Shown here one piece after another: positions 52,382 through 63,831 of a stretch of 64,000 nt of DNA; the first letter of the stretch is position 1; each line of letters opens with the position of its first letter. Below the pieces are notes generated by a model. It was not told the origin of the DNA. It made no database searches and saw nothing but the letters and a program-made list of their open reading frames with translations. Made by a program: the position numbers and the translations under genes. Source of the DNA: Sminthopsis crassicaudata (lineage: Eukaryota); the NCBI RefSeq assembly GCF_048593235.1, contig NC_133618.1, positions 274,251,882-274,315,881 of the forward strand, in the 5' to 3' direction.

Positions 52382-52542
52382 AGTAGCTTTGTAATTCCTC
52401 TGATGCCTGTGTGACTAAGGGGTTTGGATGGTGGGGTGGGTGGGGTGGGAGGGGGAGGCCACTTCACACTGGAGGAGAAATATTTAGAAGAGTTTGTTTG
52501 AAGCTTGATAAATGATGGGGGAAGTAGATTATAGAAACTACC

Positions 52543-52548
52543 TTTATT
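52543..52548 (-). terminator. SERINC4: Candidate SERINC4 polyadenylation signal AATAAA
   Basis: First TTTATT on plus strand downstream of the SERINC4 stop, about 850 nt away. Confidence 0.45.
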
Positions 52549-53396
52549 CTCTGTTAACTACATTGAGGAAATCTGTATGGAGGTATCCTGAGAACCCCCA
52601 AAGCTTGAAATCATTTCCTATTTTCTTCTTGTACTTTGACTTTTTTTTCCCCTCCTAAATCAGCTCCTGAAAATCAGCTCAAGGCAAAAGAAAGGCCAAG
52701 TTAATTATCTCAGGGTAATTTTCTGGGTGTTGCTTTCTTCTTCCTTTTTCTCAGGCTGCCGGGTCAGTAGAATATTAATTTGTTCCTTCACCTGTTGTTT
52801 GTCCTCCAGTGGCAGTCATTTTTCAAGGATGAGAATAATCCTTTTGTCCCCAAGATCACAACTGAAGGTTAGCAAAACTGCTTTTGAGGGCTATAATCCT
52901 TGACCATATCATTGGTTCCAGAACCAATTTTACTTTCCTTTGTCCAAAGTGGGACAGTGTGTTGTACTCTTTCTCTATTTTTCTTTCAGTCTCTCTTTCT
53001 CTATCTCCTTCCTCTCACCGTTTCCCTTCCCCCAGTATTATTGACCAGTTTCCTCTCTTCCATCTAGAGAGATCTGAGAAGTGTTAAGTGTGGGGGTGGA
53101 GAGCAGGTGTTTGGCTGCTGACTCTGGGGAGTCAATTCTTTGCCAAGAACTGATGGCCCAGAGAATTAGAGACCTCCCTTTCTGGACCAAGTTGTGGCCA
53201 GGGCCTGTCCATCATCCCAAAACAAGCAAATGCACAGTGTTCACTATTCTGCTCTTAGCTCCAGAGGATAGAACTAGCTTTAAAAAAAAAAAAAGAAAAA
53301 AAGAAAGAAAAAGAAAAAAGTTGTTTGTTTTTTTTAAATAGGCTGTGTCTTCTGAGCCCAGCATTGTCAGGGGCAGAACAGCTGACAGGCTCCAGC

Positions 53397-56300
53397 CTAA
53401 GTAGAGACGTGGATTCGACGGCAGCGTCTTCGTATAACACGGGTGGGTCGAGAGGGTCCAGTGACTGACCAGCAAACTGGAGTTAGCAGCAGTCCCAAGT
53501 AGAGTAGTGCACAGGTCCAGCATGAAGCAATCTTGACCCAGAAAGTAGCCCAGCTGCCTCTTGTGAATATGGTTTCCAGCTCTGCCCCTTCATAACTGTA
53601 GGACCAAGATCTCTGTTCAGAAGGAGCAGATTCTTGGCTCTTAAATAGGGGTCCCATCACCCTAGGCTTACTGACAAACCCAAGTCCCATCTTGCTGGCT
53701 CTCAGGGATTTCCCATTTCTTAGGAATTCCTAGTCAGGGGTTTGGGTTCAAGGCTATTTTGGTACAGAATTCACCCTACCTGAACCAGTTAGTGAGAGTG
53801 ACCATGACATAGAGTGAAGCAAGGAAGAAGACAAAGTGGAAAGCAGAGTAGCTGTAGGAGAGTTGATGAGGTTTTTGTGGTGCACCTGAGCCTGTCTCCT
53901 CTCCTGGAGAGAAGGGAGGCAGAGTTCAGGTTTCTTTGCACCAGCTCCTTCCAGAGCTCCCTACTGCAGGGTGCTTGTGTATTTTCCTAATTTCTCACTC
54001 ACCTTCCTCTAGTGATAGATTATCTGGGCAGCAGAAGCAAATCGAGGGCTTCTGCAAAGTAAGAGAAATTTTTTCTTAAATGATGGAGGAGGTGAGCAAT
54101 GGTGATGATCCACAAAAGCAGGGATGTATGTTTGGGACCTCACAGGTGCACAGAAGGGTATTGATGTTCATTCTCACCTGAAACTCATAGCTGTAAACCT
54201 TGACCATCCACAAGGGGCCAAACATTTCTGCCAGAGAGGAAGCTTCGTTACTGTGGAGAGGAAGAGGGCTAACTAGCAGATTCAGTAGGATTGAAGAAGG
54301 ATTTGTAACAGGTATAATAATTGGGGAGGGGTGGAATATTCCTATCAGGAGTATCTTTAGGTATCCTTGAAACCCCTGCCTGGTGTGGCACTTTGATCTG
54401 TGAACTAGAGCTAATTAAATGCTTTTAATTGATTGTGCTTTACTTAAATGCTCAGATGTTAACTTGGACACAAAAATGTTGGCCTGATTTTTGGCTCACA
54501 GCATCTTTTTTTTCCAGAAGTTGCCCTTCATCTTGGGATATTTCTTATTCTAGACCTCTTGAATTCACCCTCTAGTCATATTTTTGTTGCCTGTTCCCTT
54601 TTCCCCTTCTACCTCTTGTACTTCTTCCCTCTTGACAGCTTTACTCACCAGGCAAAAAGCACACAGGCATACATAATTCCAGCACTCAGAATGGCCAAAG
54701 AGGTGTCTGGTGTCTGTGCCCCTACCTTGCTTACATTAGGCTGGCATATGGTACGATTCTGTCCTCGAAGTAGCACTGTGGGGATGAAGTTAGAAGAGAG
54801 GAATTGGGAGAGGAAGTAGGGAAGTGTAAAGATTAGGTAGAAATGAATGGGAAAATGGCACACAGAACCCTGAGTTCTCTACTCACCCCTATCTGGGGGT
54901 CTGCTAGATAATGCAGAGAAAGTCAAGTACATGATATAGCAGCTAATGATGGAGGCTTGTAGGGGACCGGAACAAGGTTGTTCTGAGAAGAGACACCAAA
55001 GACTACTGTGGTGTTTTTTGTTTTTTTTTTTAAAGAGGCAACGATAACTTCCATCCCCAAGGAAATATCTGTCACTTGTCCCAGAGATCTTGAAGGCAGT
55101 ATAAATTCAACAAAATAATTCCCTCCTCCCCCATTAGATTAGAAAACAATGAATAGGGGACCAGGAAAACAACCCCTTAGTGGCAGGGTAGATAGGTTAG
55201 AGCAGGAGGTGTACGCACTGAGACGGATGCAGGGGGTGATGGAGAGGAAAGAGAGGATGCCACAGAAGCAAAGGTTCAAGCTGAGTAGAGCCTTGTTGAG
55301 CAGGCAGCCGGCCGGATGGGTGTAGTGGTGGAATAGAAGGAATGCTCCTACTCCAGCTATGCTGTAGAAAACCAATGTGGCCAGCAGTGCTGCCCCAAAC
55401 CAGCGCCAGTCCTGGGCAGCCCCTGTCAGCCTGTGTGGGTATGAGAAACACAAATAGCCCAGCAGGCAGGCTCCATATGGCCAGGGCCATTCCCATCCCC
55501 CAATAGATTATCATCAGCATGACTTCCTAGTGAAGATCTGCTGGGATTTTAACTGCCTAAGTGAATCCCATCTCATTCCAACTCCCAGATACTGTTGGGG
55601 AGTACTACTACATCACCCCCACTGCAGTTGCAACATTGCTGTCTGTCTGTGTGTAGTGGTTGTCTCTGCATCCTAAGGACAATCTCCAGGGATATTCCCA
55701 CTCACCAGTTTTTGTTCCAGGTGTGAGCAAAGGCTGTGATGAGCACCAGCTGCAGCAGGATGAAAGCGAAGCCTCCACAGATACCCACATAGTGCCATGC
55801 TGCAGGGTGAGCTCTGATAAGTATTATAGTTTAACTCCAGTTTATCACTGGGTGTACTTCTCCCTCTCCCCCTTTGCCACCACTAGCCAAGGTTAGAATA
55901 AGCCTGAAGGTTACCTGGAAAGATATGCTCATCTGGGACGTAGAAGGCAGCTGTACAGAGCCCCAGCAATACCAGTAGCTTTAGGAACCAGAAGCTGGGT
56001 CACAGGAGAGAGAACATAGACTCAAGGCAGAAGAAATAGGAAGGGATAAAAGTTATCAGGAGAGCAGGAACATTAATAGCTGACATTTAATAGAACTATA
56101 TAGTTAGTTTACAAAACATTTATCACTTGATCCTTATAGCTTTGTAAGATAAGTCGTAACCTCATAGGAATAGAGATACGGTTACAAGACACAGAGACAA
56201 TGAAGATAAAAGATCTCTGGAACTTTGTCCTCTCCTCCCATCCTTGTATAGCCTTCTCAATCTGACCCATTTTAGCCCATCCTGGAATTTACTCAACTTG

Positions 56301-57555
56301 TAGATTTGTAAATTTGCCTTTACCCCCCCCCCCCCCCCAGAGTTATATTCCCTTTTTCCTGTTAAAATATTGCATTTTCCATATACCCATTGTGTAGCCG
56401 AGCTCGGGGGCTGGTAGAAGAGTTGACATTAATCAGGATTACAGCTTGCAGCAAGTAGAAGGTGGCTGTGCCAGCACATACTCGGTACACAGCCCCAGAA
56501 CCACTTGGTACTGGGCAGTCATCCTGCCCAGAGGGAGTGGTACACAACCCAGAGGGGATCAGTACCTACAGGGTAGGGGGTGTGGGGTTGAAAAGGAGAG
56601 GAAACAGGGATAGTCAAATTTTATGGAAAGAAAGGCACTTTATTCTTCACACAATACTAAAATTTGCTTCATTCCCAGTTATTCACTTAGCTACATCCCC
56701 CAAGTCCTACCCAGATTCCTTCACATTGCAGTTTTTCCCTTACTGACCGCCCTTCATCTGTTGATCTCACCCACTTTGCCCCAGAGGGTGTCCAGGACTG
56801 TTCGGGAGAGCAGCAGGCAGCTGGTAGCTGAGGCCCCCACATGTATAAGGGTATAGAGCAGGCGACTGCTGGTAGATTCCTTGAGAGGGGGCAACCCGGA
56901 GTAGCAGCGGTTAGTCCTGGGGGCAGGGCCACAGCAACATGATGCCTGAGAACAAAGGTGACGGAGAACAGTCGTCTCTAAATTTCCTTCGAGGATTGTA
57001 AAAAGCAGAAATCTAGATGGGGGGAGGGGAGGTGTGGGGCTCTGCTCAGAAGGGGCTAAGATTTAGAACGTGTGTTAAAGGAAACATTAATGGATGAAGC
57101 AGCCTTCAGGAAAATCTTCCCTTCTCCCCAGGCCTCAAATTTCTGGACTTATTTTCCAGTGGAGCTCTCGGATGCTCTGGGCGCAGTGCTGCTGCTGCTG
57201 ATAGTCCTCCATACTCAGACCTAGATCAAGCAGACCCTGTCCCAAGAGTGCTGTTTACCTAGATATTCAATTACAACCCATACCCGACCCCTCTCCGAAG
57301 TTTCTGATAAGAGTTTTGAGGGGGATATTCAGGAGGCAGGAAGACGGGAATCCACCGTTTCACAATCGGGAAAAGAAAATAGTTGAGAGAAAAACTTGGC
57401 CCGATTTGCGTTATTCTCTGCTAAGGGTACATACACAGCGTGCGCCCTCTCACCTGATACAGGATAGTTCTTTCCAGAGTACTGTTGATCGAACTCCACT
57501 GCTCCGGGTCCAGAGATGAGCTGGGGCACCTGGGCGGAGCCTTCACTCCTACCAT
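53397..57555 (-). CDS. SERINC4: Serine incorporator 4, about 501 aa
   Basis: 12 exons: 57555-57454, 56945-56775, 56565-56387, 55994-55915, 55799-55706, 55430-55219, 54982-54887, 54775-54649, 54250-54178, 54051-54003, 53903-53780, 53595-53397 (1506 nt). Motifs [91 protein letters not shown]. Uses the upstream of two tandem exon-2 donors and the downstream exon-11 acceptor. Confidence 0.92.
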
Positions 57556-57599
57556 CCCTGTCCTAGAGTCCAGAAGTCTAAGGCTTCCGCCAAGGAAAA

Positions 57600-58800
57600 A
57601 AAGCGGCCACCTGCCCTGTTCTCAGCGCCCCAGGGACCGTCTGGAACATCAGGACCGGGGCTGGTCCGGGAGGCGCAGGCCGGCAGGGCCAGAGTCAGGA
57701 CCCCTGAGAGAAGCGCCCCGACGACCTCATATCGCCAAGGACTGTGTACTCGCATGTGTGAACGTGTAGGTGCGGTCCACTTGTGGTCACCTCCCTTTGC
57801 CCCCGCTGGCCCCTGCTCAATCAACAGATTAGGTGGGCAGTTTGCATAGCTGGTTGGGGCTGGATTAACTTTGTTAATTGGTTTAGGATTTGACTTCATC
57901 CCCTGAGGCCCTAAGAGAAAGGGTCTGGATTGGGAAGAGTTGAGAGCTCCGGAGGAATGGGGTCTGGGTGGGTGAGAGTTAAATTATAGGCAGGGCCTGG
58001 CCCTCGCCTTCCGTCCAAGTCCGAGCGCCCGGGCGGGTAAAGAACTAGCACTTCTGGGCCGAGACGTCCCCTCCTCCTCCTCGAGTGACGCGGTCACAGA
58101 GGTAGCGCGGGAACACCCGACACAGCCACAGCCCCACCCCGCCCCAGCCAGCCAGCTCGGGAGTGACCCCGCCTCCTTCAAGGGAGGGGGCGTGGTCACA
58201 AGGAGTTCTCGGGGCAGTGACCACTGGGAGCGCTACAGTCCCAGCTTGGTCCAATATGCGCCCGGAAGGGACGGGTTCTGATCCGGAAGTCGCTGAACGA
58301 TGGGCCCGGAAGAGGCGGTGCGCGGGAGGCGGCGCGGCGGGGACGAGATGGCGACCGAGGGTGATGTAGAACTGGAACTGGAGACCGAACCGAGTGGCCC
58401 GGAACGGCCGCCGGAGAAGCCGCGGAAACATGACAGTGGCGCGGCCGATCTGGAAAGAGTGACTGACTACGCAGAAGAGAAGGAAATCCAGAGCTCCAAC
58501 CTGGAGACGGTGAGGGAGTCCGGGAGTCGCGGAGGTCTGGAGGGTGCGAGGGGCCTCCAGGCTCGGGACAGGGGGGAGGGGAGGGAAAGGCGGCGGCAGC
58601 CTGGAGCCGGGCGTATCCCAAGGGGTCCGGCTCCGAATGTGGCCCTGGAGATTCCGGGACGCGGAGCTGACGCCCTTGCCCCGTGTATATTCCTGTTGTA
58701 GGCAATGTCGGTGATTGGAGATCGGCGGTCTCGAGAGCAGAAGGCCAAACAAGAGCGGTAAGCGAGTGCCCCAGCTTTGTGTTTAGCACCGACCCTCCGA
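57600..58800. promoter_or_regulatory. CpG island / divergent promoter of SERINC4 and HYPK
   Basis: CpG-dense; CCAAT 58251-58255, ETS/GABP CCGGAAG at 58262, 58283 and 58306, GC boxes; ATGs only 793 nt apart. Confidence 0.85.
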
Positions 58801-59684
58801 TGAAGGCTTCCCCCCATCCTTGGTGCAGAAAAATGGGATTGAGCCCGGAGTGACTGGAAGTTGTGGTTATCTTCCATTAAAACATTTATGGAGTACTACC
58901 TACATTCACAAACATAAGTGTTGACACTTAAAAGAGCTAATACTTTTACGGTGCTTTGTGTTTGGTAATTCAGTTAATCCTCACAATTATCCTTGTAGTT
59001 ATGTGCCGTTATCCCCATTTTACATGCGGGGGAACTGAGGCTCAATGGTTTAGTGATCCACAGTCAGTCCTTGTCTGAGGCCTGATTTGAATTCAGGCTT
59101 TCACCCGTTTGATATGACTCTTGTTTCACTCCATCCTATAATTGGGTTCCCTTTGATCCTGCCCTTGGCATCCTTACCTCTCTTCAAGACTCACCTTAAG
59201 TGCTCACCTCGAGGTAAGAGATCTTTCCTTATCCTCAGAGTTGTCAATGCCCTACTTCCCCCAACTACTCTGTTAAGATTCTCAATTTCTTTGTCCCTAG
59301 TGCCCTGCCCTCAATAAATCCTTCCTGAACGAATATGTTCACAAATAACTTTGCAGGGAGAAGGAACTGGCAAAAGTTACAATCAAGAAGGAAGATCTTG
59401 AACTAATAGTAAGTATTGGCCTGGAGTTGGCTGGTAAGAGTTCCAAAGCCAAGTATAAAATTGACAGTAATGATTTTAAGGGTGAGAGGGGCTATGCAAT
59501 ATAACACATCTTTTGCCTAATAGTCTGATTTTAGTTTTTGCTATGGACTGGAACGGAGCCTTTGTGATAATTCTTCCTTTTTCTGCAGATGACCGAGATG
59601 GAAATCTCACGGGCAGCAGCAGAACGGAGTTTACGGGAACACATGGGCAATGTAGTAGAAGCTCTTATTACACTTACCAACTAA
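58348..59684 (+). CDS. HYPK: Huntingtin-interacting protein K, 121 aa
   Basis: Exons 58348-58509, 58702-58757, 59357-59408, 59589-59684 give MATEGDVELELETEPSGPERPPEKPRKHDSGAADLERVTDYAEEKEI...SLREHMGNVVEALITLTN*. Confidence 0.97.
58935..59110 (-). mobile_element. MIR CORE-SINE in HYPK intron 2
   Basis: ttatccccattttacatgcgggggaactgaggctc..gaggcctgatttgaattcagg. Confidence 0.7.
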
Positions 59685-59722
59685 CCTTTGAATGGCCACA
59701 CATTGATGGACTTATTTATTGG

Positions 59723-59728
59723 AATAAA
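59723..59728 (+). terminator. HYPK: HYPK polyadenylation signal AATAAA
   Basis: 38 nt after the stop, followed by T-rich sequence. Confidence 0.75.
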
Positions 59729-60672
59729 GGTTTTGCTCCCCCACCTACCTTTGTAGTATTTCATTGATGGGGATCTGCAATGAATTTCTGGTTGTTGTGT
59801 CCCTTTATATCATTCCTGTAACAAGTGTCTTCTCTCTATAGTTTGCCACCAACTCATAGTTACATAAGTTGTAATGCAGTTTAAAAATTGAATACATAGG
59901 CTACTTTTATAAAAGACTTTAGTGAAAACTCAATTTAAATATTTACTAGCCACTTTAGACTTGAAGGGGATTAAATCTTGAGGCGGTGTAATTAAGGGAG
60001 GATAAAGGTACCTATAGTATTCCCACTAGAAATTTCAGAGACTGAAGATTGGAAAGTTGGATAGTTTTCTCTGAAACTTAAATGTAGGGAGGCCAGAGTT
60101 TGGGACAAAGAAAAAAAAGGGGGGGGTGTCTTGAACTGTCCTTGTAAAGAACATTTATAAAGTTGGGGAATTTAAACTCTTTATGCCATAAGGTTTGTGG
60201 GGAGACTATATATTAGATTGTTAAATCACATTTATAGTAGATGAAATAACATTCAAGTCCAGAGAAACATACTAAGTTAGCAAAGTGTCAAAACCAGGGT
60301 TTTTTTTTAATAAGTTTAAGTTCCCTATTAGTATTTCTTTCAACTCTAAGGAGATAGGTAGTATTACTTCTTTGTAATCCATGGTTCCAATTTGAGACTT
60401 TGAGACTTAGAATGCAGAGTTTACATGAGAAGTGATGAAACCAAGTCACCACCAAGCCCAGGCTTAGACTCATAACTGGATGTTGTTTTTCAGCATTAAA
60501 AAAATTCCTCTTCCAGTCCCTTGCTTTAGGGTCCCTTTGGAATCATAAAAAAGGGTGCTAGGCTTAAAAAGTGCCAGAAAAGAGATTCTGCATGAGCAAT
60601 TGTGAAAAATAAAAAAACACCAAAAACAGACTTTCCCATGTGTCCACAGTCAGGGAAGTAAGTGGTTGAATC

Positions 60673-62996
60673 CTAAGTAGTTTTCCTCTTCTTGGCAGAT
60701 GGCCTTTCAAATACATCTCGTACCCCAGCTGCTTTTTGTTTGAAGAACTTGGTGTTTTGGGCACTCTCTTGACCCCAAGCTGAATCAAAGGAAGTGGTAT
60801 CTTGATCCACAAGATGAGTATATTTGGTTCTGCCTGACCGTCCAAAGTTCTTGACCTGAGGGGAGAGAAAACAACATTAAATGCAGAAACTACACTCCAG
60901 CCCTTAATATATTGAGCTCTCTACCACTTATGTCTCTCCTATACCTGCATAACTTTGGGAAGAATAGTCTTATTGAAATGATCTTCCAGGGTGGGAGCAC
61001 TGAAATCTCTCTTGTATACTTCTTCATCTTCATCCTGAAGGCGAGAAAAGGCCCACATTAGGTCTGTAGTCAGACAACACATTCCACTTAATAGTAAAAC
61101 ATTAAACACTAAATACATTTTAATAAGTATCATTATGGAAGGACAAAGAGGTTAGTGATATTCTTAAAAGAGCTTACAAATTAACTTTATAGGGACATGA
61201 AACAAAATAAATGAGGTAACATCTAAACAGGTGATGCAGATTACAGATGTTTTTGGAAATTAAAAGAGAAAAGGAAAGATCACAGTGGGGTAGATTTAGT
61301 CTTAAGGGGAGTTTGGTAGAAGACCTGATATTTGGGTCAAGTACCCAAACAAATGGAAGTTTTCTTAGCACTTCTTTCTCTTTCCTGGTGAATATCTTTA
61401 TTAAAGGTTCTAAGTAAGAGCAATAGCTGAAAAATTCTGGATTGTATTATAAATATAAGCAACTACCCTCAGCACCTCGGCCACTAGTTAATGCAGGTCT
61501 GGAGTCAGGAGGACTCATCCTGAGTTCTAATTCAGCCTCTACTTGCTGTATGAGGGGCAAGTCACTTAACTGCCTAAGTTTCCTCATCTGTAAAGTGAAC
61601 TGGAGATTGAAATGGCAAACCGCTCCAGCAGTTTTGCCAAAAAAAAAAAACCCACCTTATATGGATCATGTATTGAATATGACTCCAACCACTGAACAAC
61701 CTCAATAGTCAAATTTTCACAGATTCCAAGAACTCCCAACTATTCCTCAATCATTTCCCCAAAAACTAATCAGCTTGACCAGTTCTTTGGAGTCACTTTT
61801 TGTCTATATTGAAAAGCAATAAGTAAGAATGTATAGGAAAGACTTGCCTTTCATAACAGTATCAATACTTTCTAACTTATTTAGCCCTGGCCTATTAGTC
61901 GAAAATTTGAGAATAGAAGTCAGTAATTATTTTTATACCTCATAAAAAATGGTCTATGATCTCCTGGCTCTAATTATGGCAAAACCCCAATGGCTAGAAA
62001 AATGACAATAAAGCAATGTAGACTCAAATGCTGAAACTGATTTTGGAAGGGGAACAAACTAACTTTCACTGAAACTACTTCACTTGGTTTGAATAATGAT
62101 TGGAGAGGGTAAGTTTTGGTACAAATGGGACTGTATAGGCTGTTGGAACACAAAATTCAAAGCTCTATTGTTCCATATTACCCTTTTAGAAAGCAATTTC
62201 TAAATTATATCTTATATGATCTGAATACTGCCATTCCCTGTTTGGTTAGACCTGCTTCAGAAATGTGGCCATCGATAAAATGCCATCTGACAAAGAGTCA
62301 ACTCATTTGCTGATATGATTTTTGTCCTTTACAAAGGGGAAAATGGTACTATGTCCCATAAAATCCATCCTTTTCTTTTTAATCTCAGAACTATTTCTTG
62401 ATAGTTAAGAATGAAAGAAAATGGATCTCTGCCATTCAAAAACTGTTTTAGCCAGTTAATTTGTTCATGAAATTAAAACAATCTATTGGCATGAGGTAAA
62501 TCATTTTGATTTGATGGAAAAGCAAGTTTGTTCTAATTAATTCTTTTAGGGCAGCTAGATGGCATAATGGCTAGAGTACCAGCCCTGAAGTCAGGAGAAC
62601 CTGAGTTCAAATCTGGTCTCAGACACCTAACACTTCCTAGCTGTGATCTCAGCCAAAAAAAAAAAAAAAAAAATTAATTGTCAATCTAATTAGTAGTTCT
62701 TTCTGGTCTTTAGGAATAGTCTGGCACTATAATGCCATATAGCAAGAGTTTCTTTCTCTATTGAGTATTAAATTTTGGAAGCAACCTCTTGGCCTCTCTG
62801 TTTCATCCTATTTCCTCCTGTTCTCTTCTTACTTACCATAAAGAAAGCACCCCGATGATAGTACTTCTGCAAGAACTTGTATTTGCCCTTAACAGCTTTG
62901 TTTGTGATAACTTTGCCATTTGCTCGGAGTTCAGCTCGTCTTTCCTCTTCTGTTAGGTTTCGCATACGTTCAATCTCTGCTTTCTCCTTCTCGATC
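60673..62996 (-). CDS. MFAP1: Microfibrillar-associated protein 1 (spliceosomal Spp381-like), last three coding exons; 5' part lies beyond the right edge
   Basis: Exons 62996-62837, 61034-60945, 60855-60673: [38 protein letters not shown] / [30 protein letters not shown] / [31 protein letters not shown]. Confidence 0.96.
61480..61710 (+). mobile_element. MAR1-type SINE
   Basis: ctggagtcaggaggactcatcctgagttctaattc..aaatggcaaaccgctccagcagttttgccaaaa..atgactccaaccactgaacaac. Confidence 0.8.
62549..62672 (+). mobile_element. WSINE1-like SINE lacking the 3' core
   Basis: gggcagctagatggc..ccagccctgaagtcaggagaacctgagttcaaatc..cttcctagctgtgatctcagcc + A18; aattaatt on both sides. Confidence 0.85.
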
Positions 62997-63487
62997 CTAA
63001 TCAAGGCAGAAAATTATCAGTGCTGGTCCAGTATACTTTAACCTTTAGAATATGAAATCTCTATCTACTCTTTTCCTCCAAGAAAGTCAGTCAACACCTA
63101 GTCCCTACCTTTGGTGAGCCAAGTTCCAAACTCAGATTTAGAAAATATTTATATGTCATAACAATTAGGCTATTATGGAAAGAAATGCTTAAAAAAAGCA
63201 CTTGGAATTATGTCCATCTGTAACACATTCCCTAGGATATAATGGTTTCCAGTGTTTTAAAATCAGTCTACTCTATTTATTAATTTATTTACAATATGTA
63301 TTCTTCTTGTTCCTGAAAGTTTTAGAACATTTTATGAGAATTTGGTGACATCCTATAAAATGATTGTGGAGGTCTCAATATCACAAAGCTAGTAGTTCAG
63401 GAATCAGTCCTTAAACTTTATTATCACTCCATGAGTTGCTAAAATAATGGATCTCAATACTTAGACTTTAGTCTTCCCCCCCCCCCC

Positions 63488-63619
63488 TTGAGGCAGTTGG
63501 GGTTAAGTGACTTGCCCAGGGTCACACAGCTAGGAAATGTTAAGTATCAGATCAGATTTGAAATCAGGTCCTCCTGACTTCAGGGTTGGTGCTCAATCCA
63601 CTATACCACCTAGCTGCCC
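63488..63619 (-). mobile_element. WSINE1-like SINE
   Basis: Reverse complement of full element; aatactta(a)gact on both flanks. Confidence 0.88.
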
Positions 63620-63717
63620 AATACTTAAGACTCTGTAAGGGCCCCTGATGGGCTATGGAGTTATTGGCAAGGAGCCTTCATTCCATAAATTAAGCAAACA
63701 TTTTTTGCAGACATTAT

Positions 63718-63831
63718 AGGCAATTGGGGTTAAATGACTTGCCCAGGAAGTATTGTCTGAGACCAGATTTCAACTCAGGTCCTCCTGAATTCAGGGCTGG
63801 TGCTCTATCCACTGCACCACCTAGCTACCCC
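63718..63831 (-). mobile_element. WSINE1-like SINE
   Basis: Reverse complement of the element with a short internal deletion; agacatt on both flanks. Confidence 0.85.

Noticed and set aside
57146-57212. [10 protein letters not shown]... ORF with an ATAAGT donor-like site, first taken as a broken SERINC4 exon 1
   Set aside because: The real exon 1 (MVGVKA...ILYQ|gtgaga, 102 nt) is intact at 57555-57454.
58045-58877. Minus-strand ORFs of 136-235 aa
   Set aside because: Antisense shadows of HYPK exons 1-2 within a CpG island.
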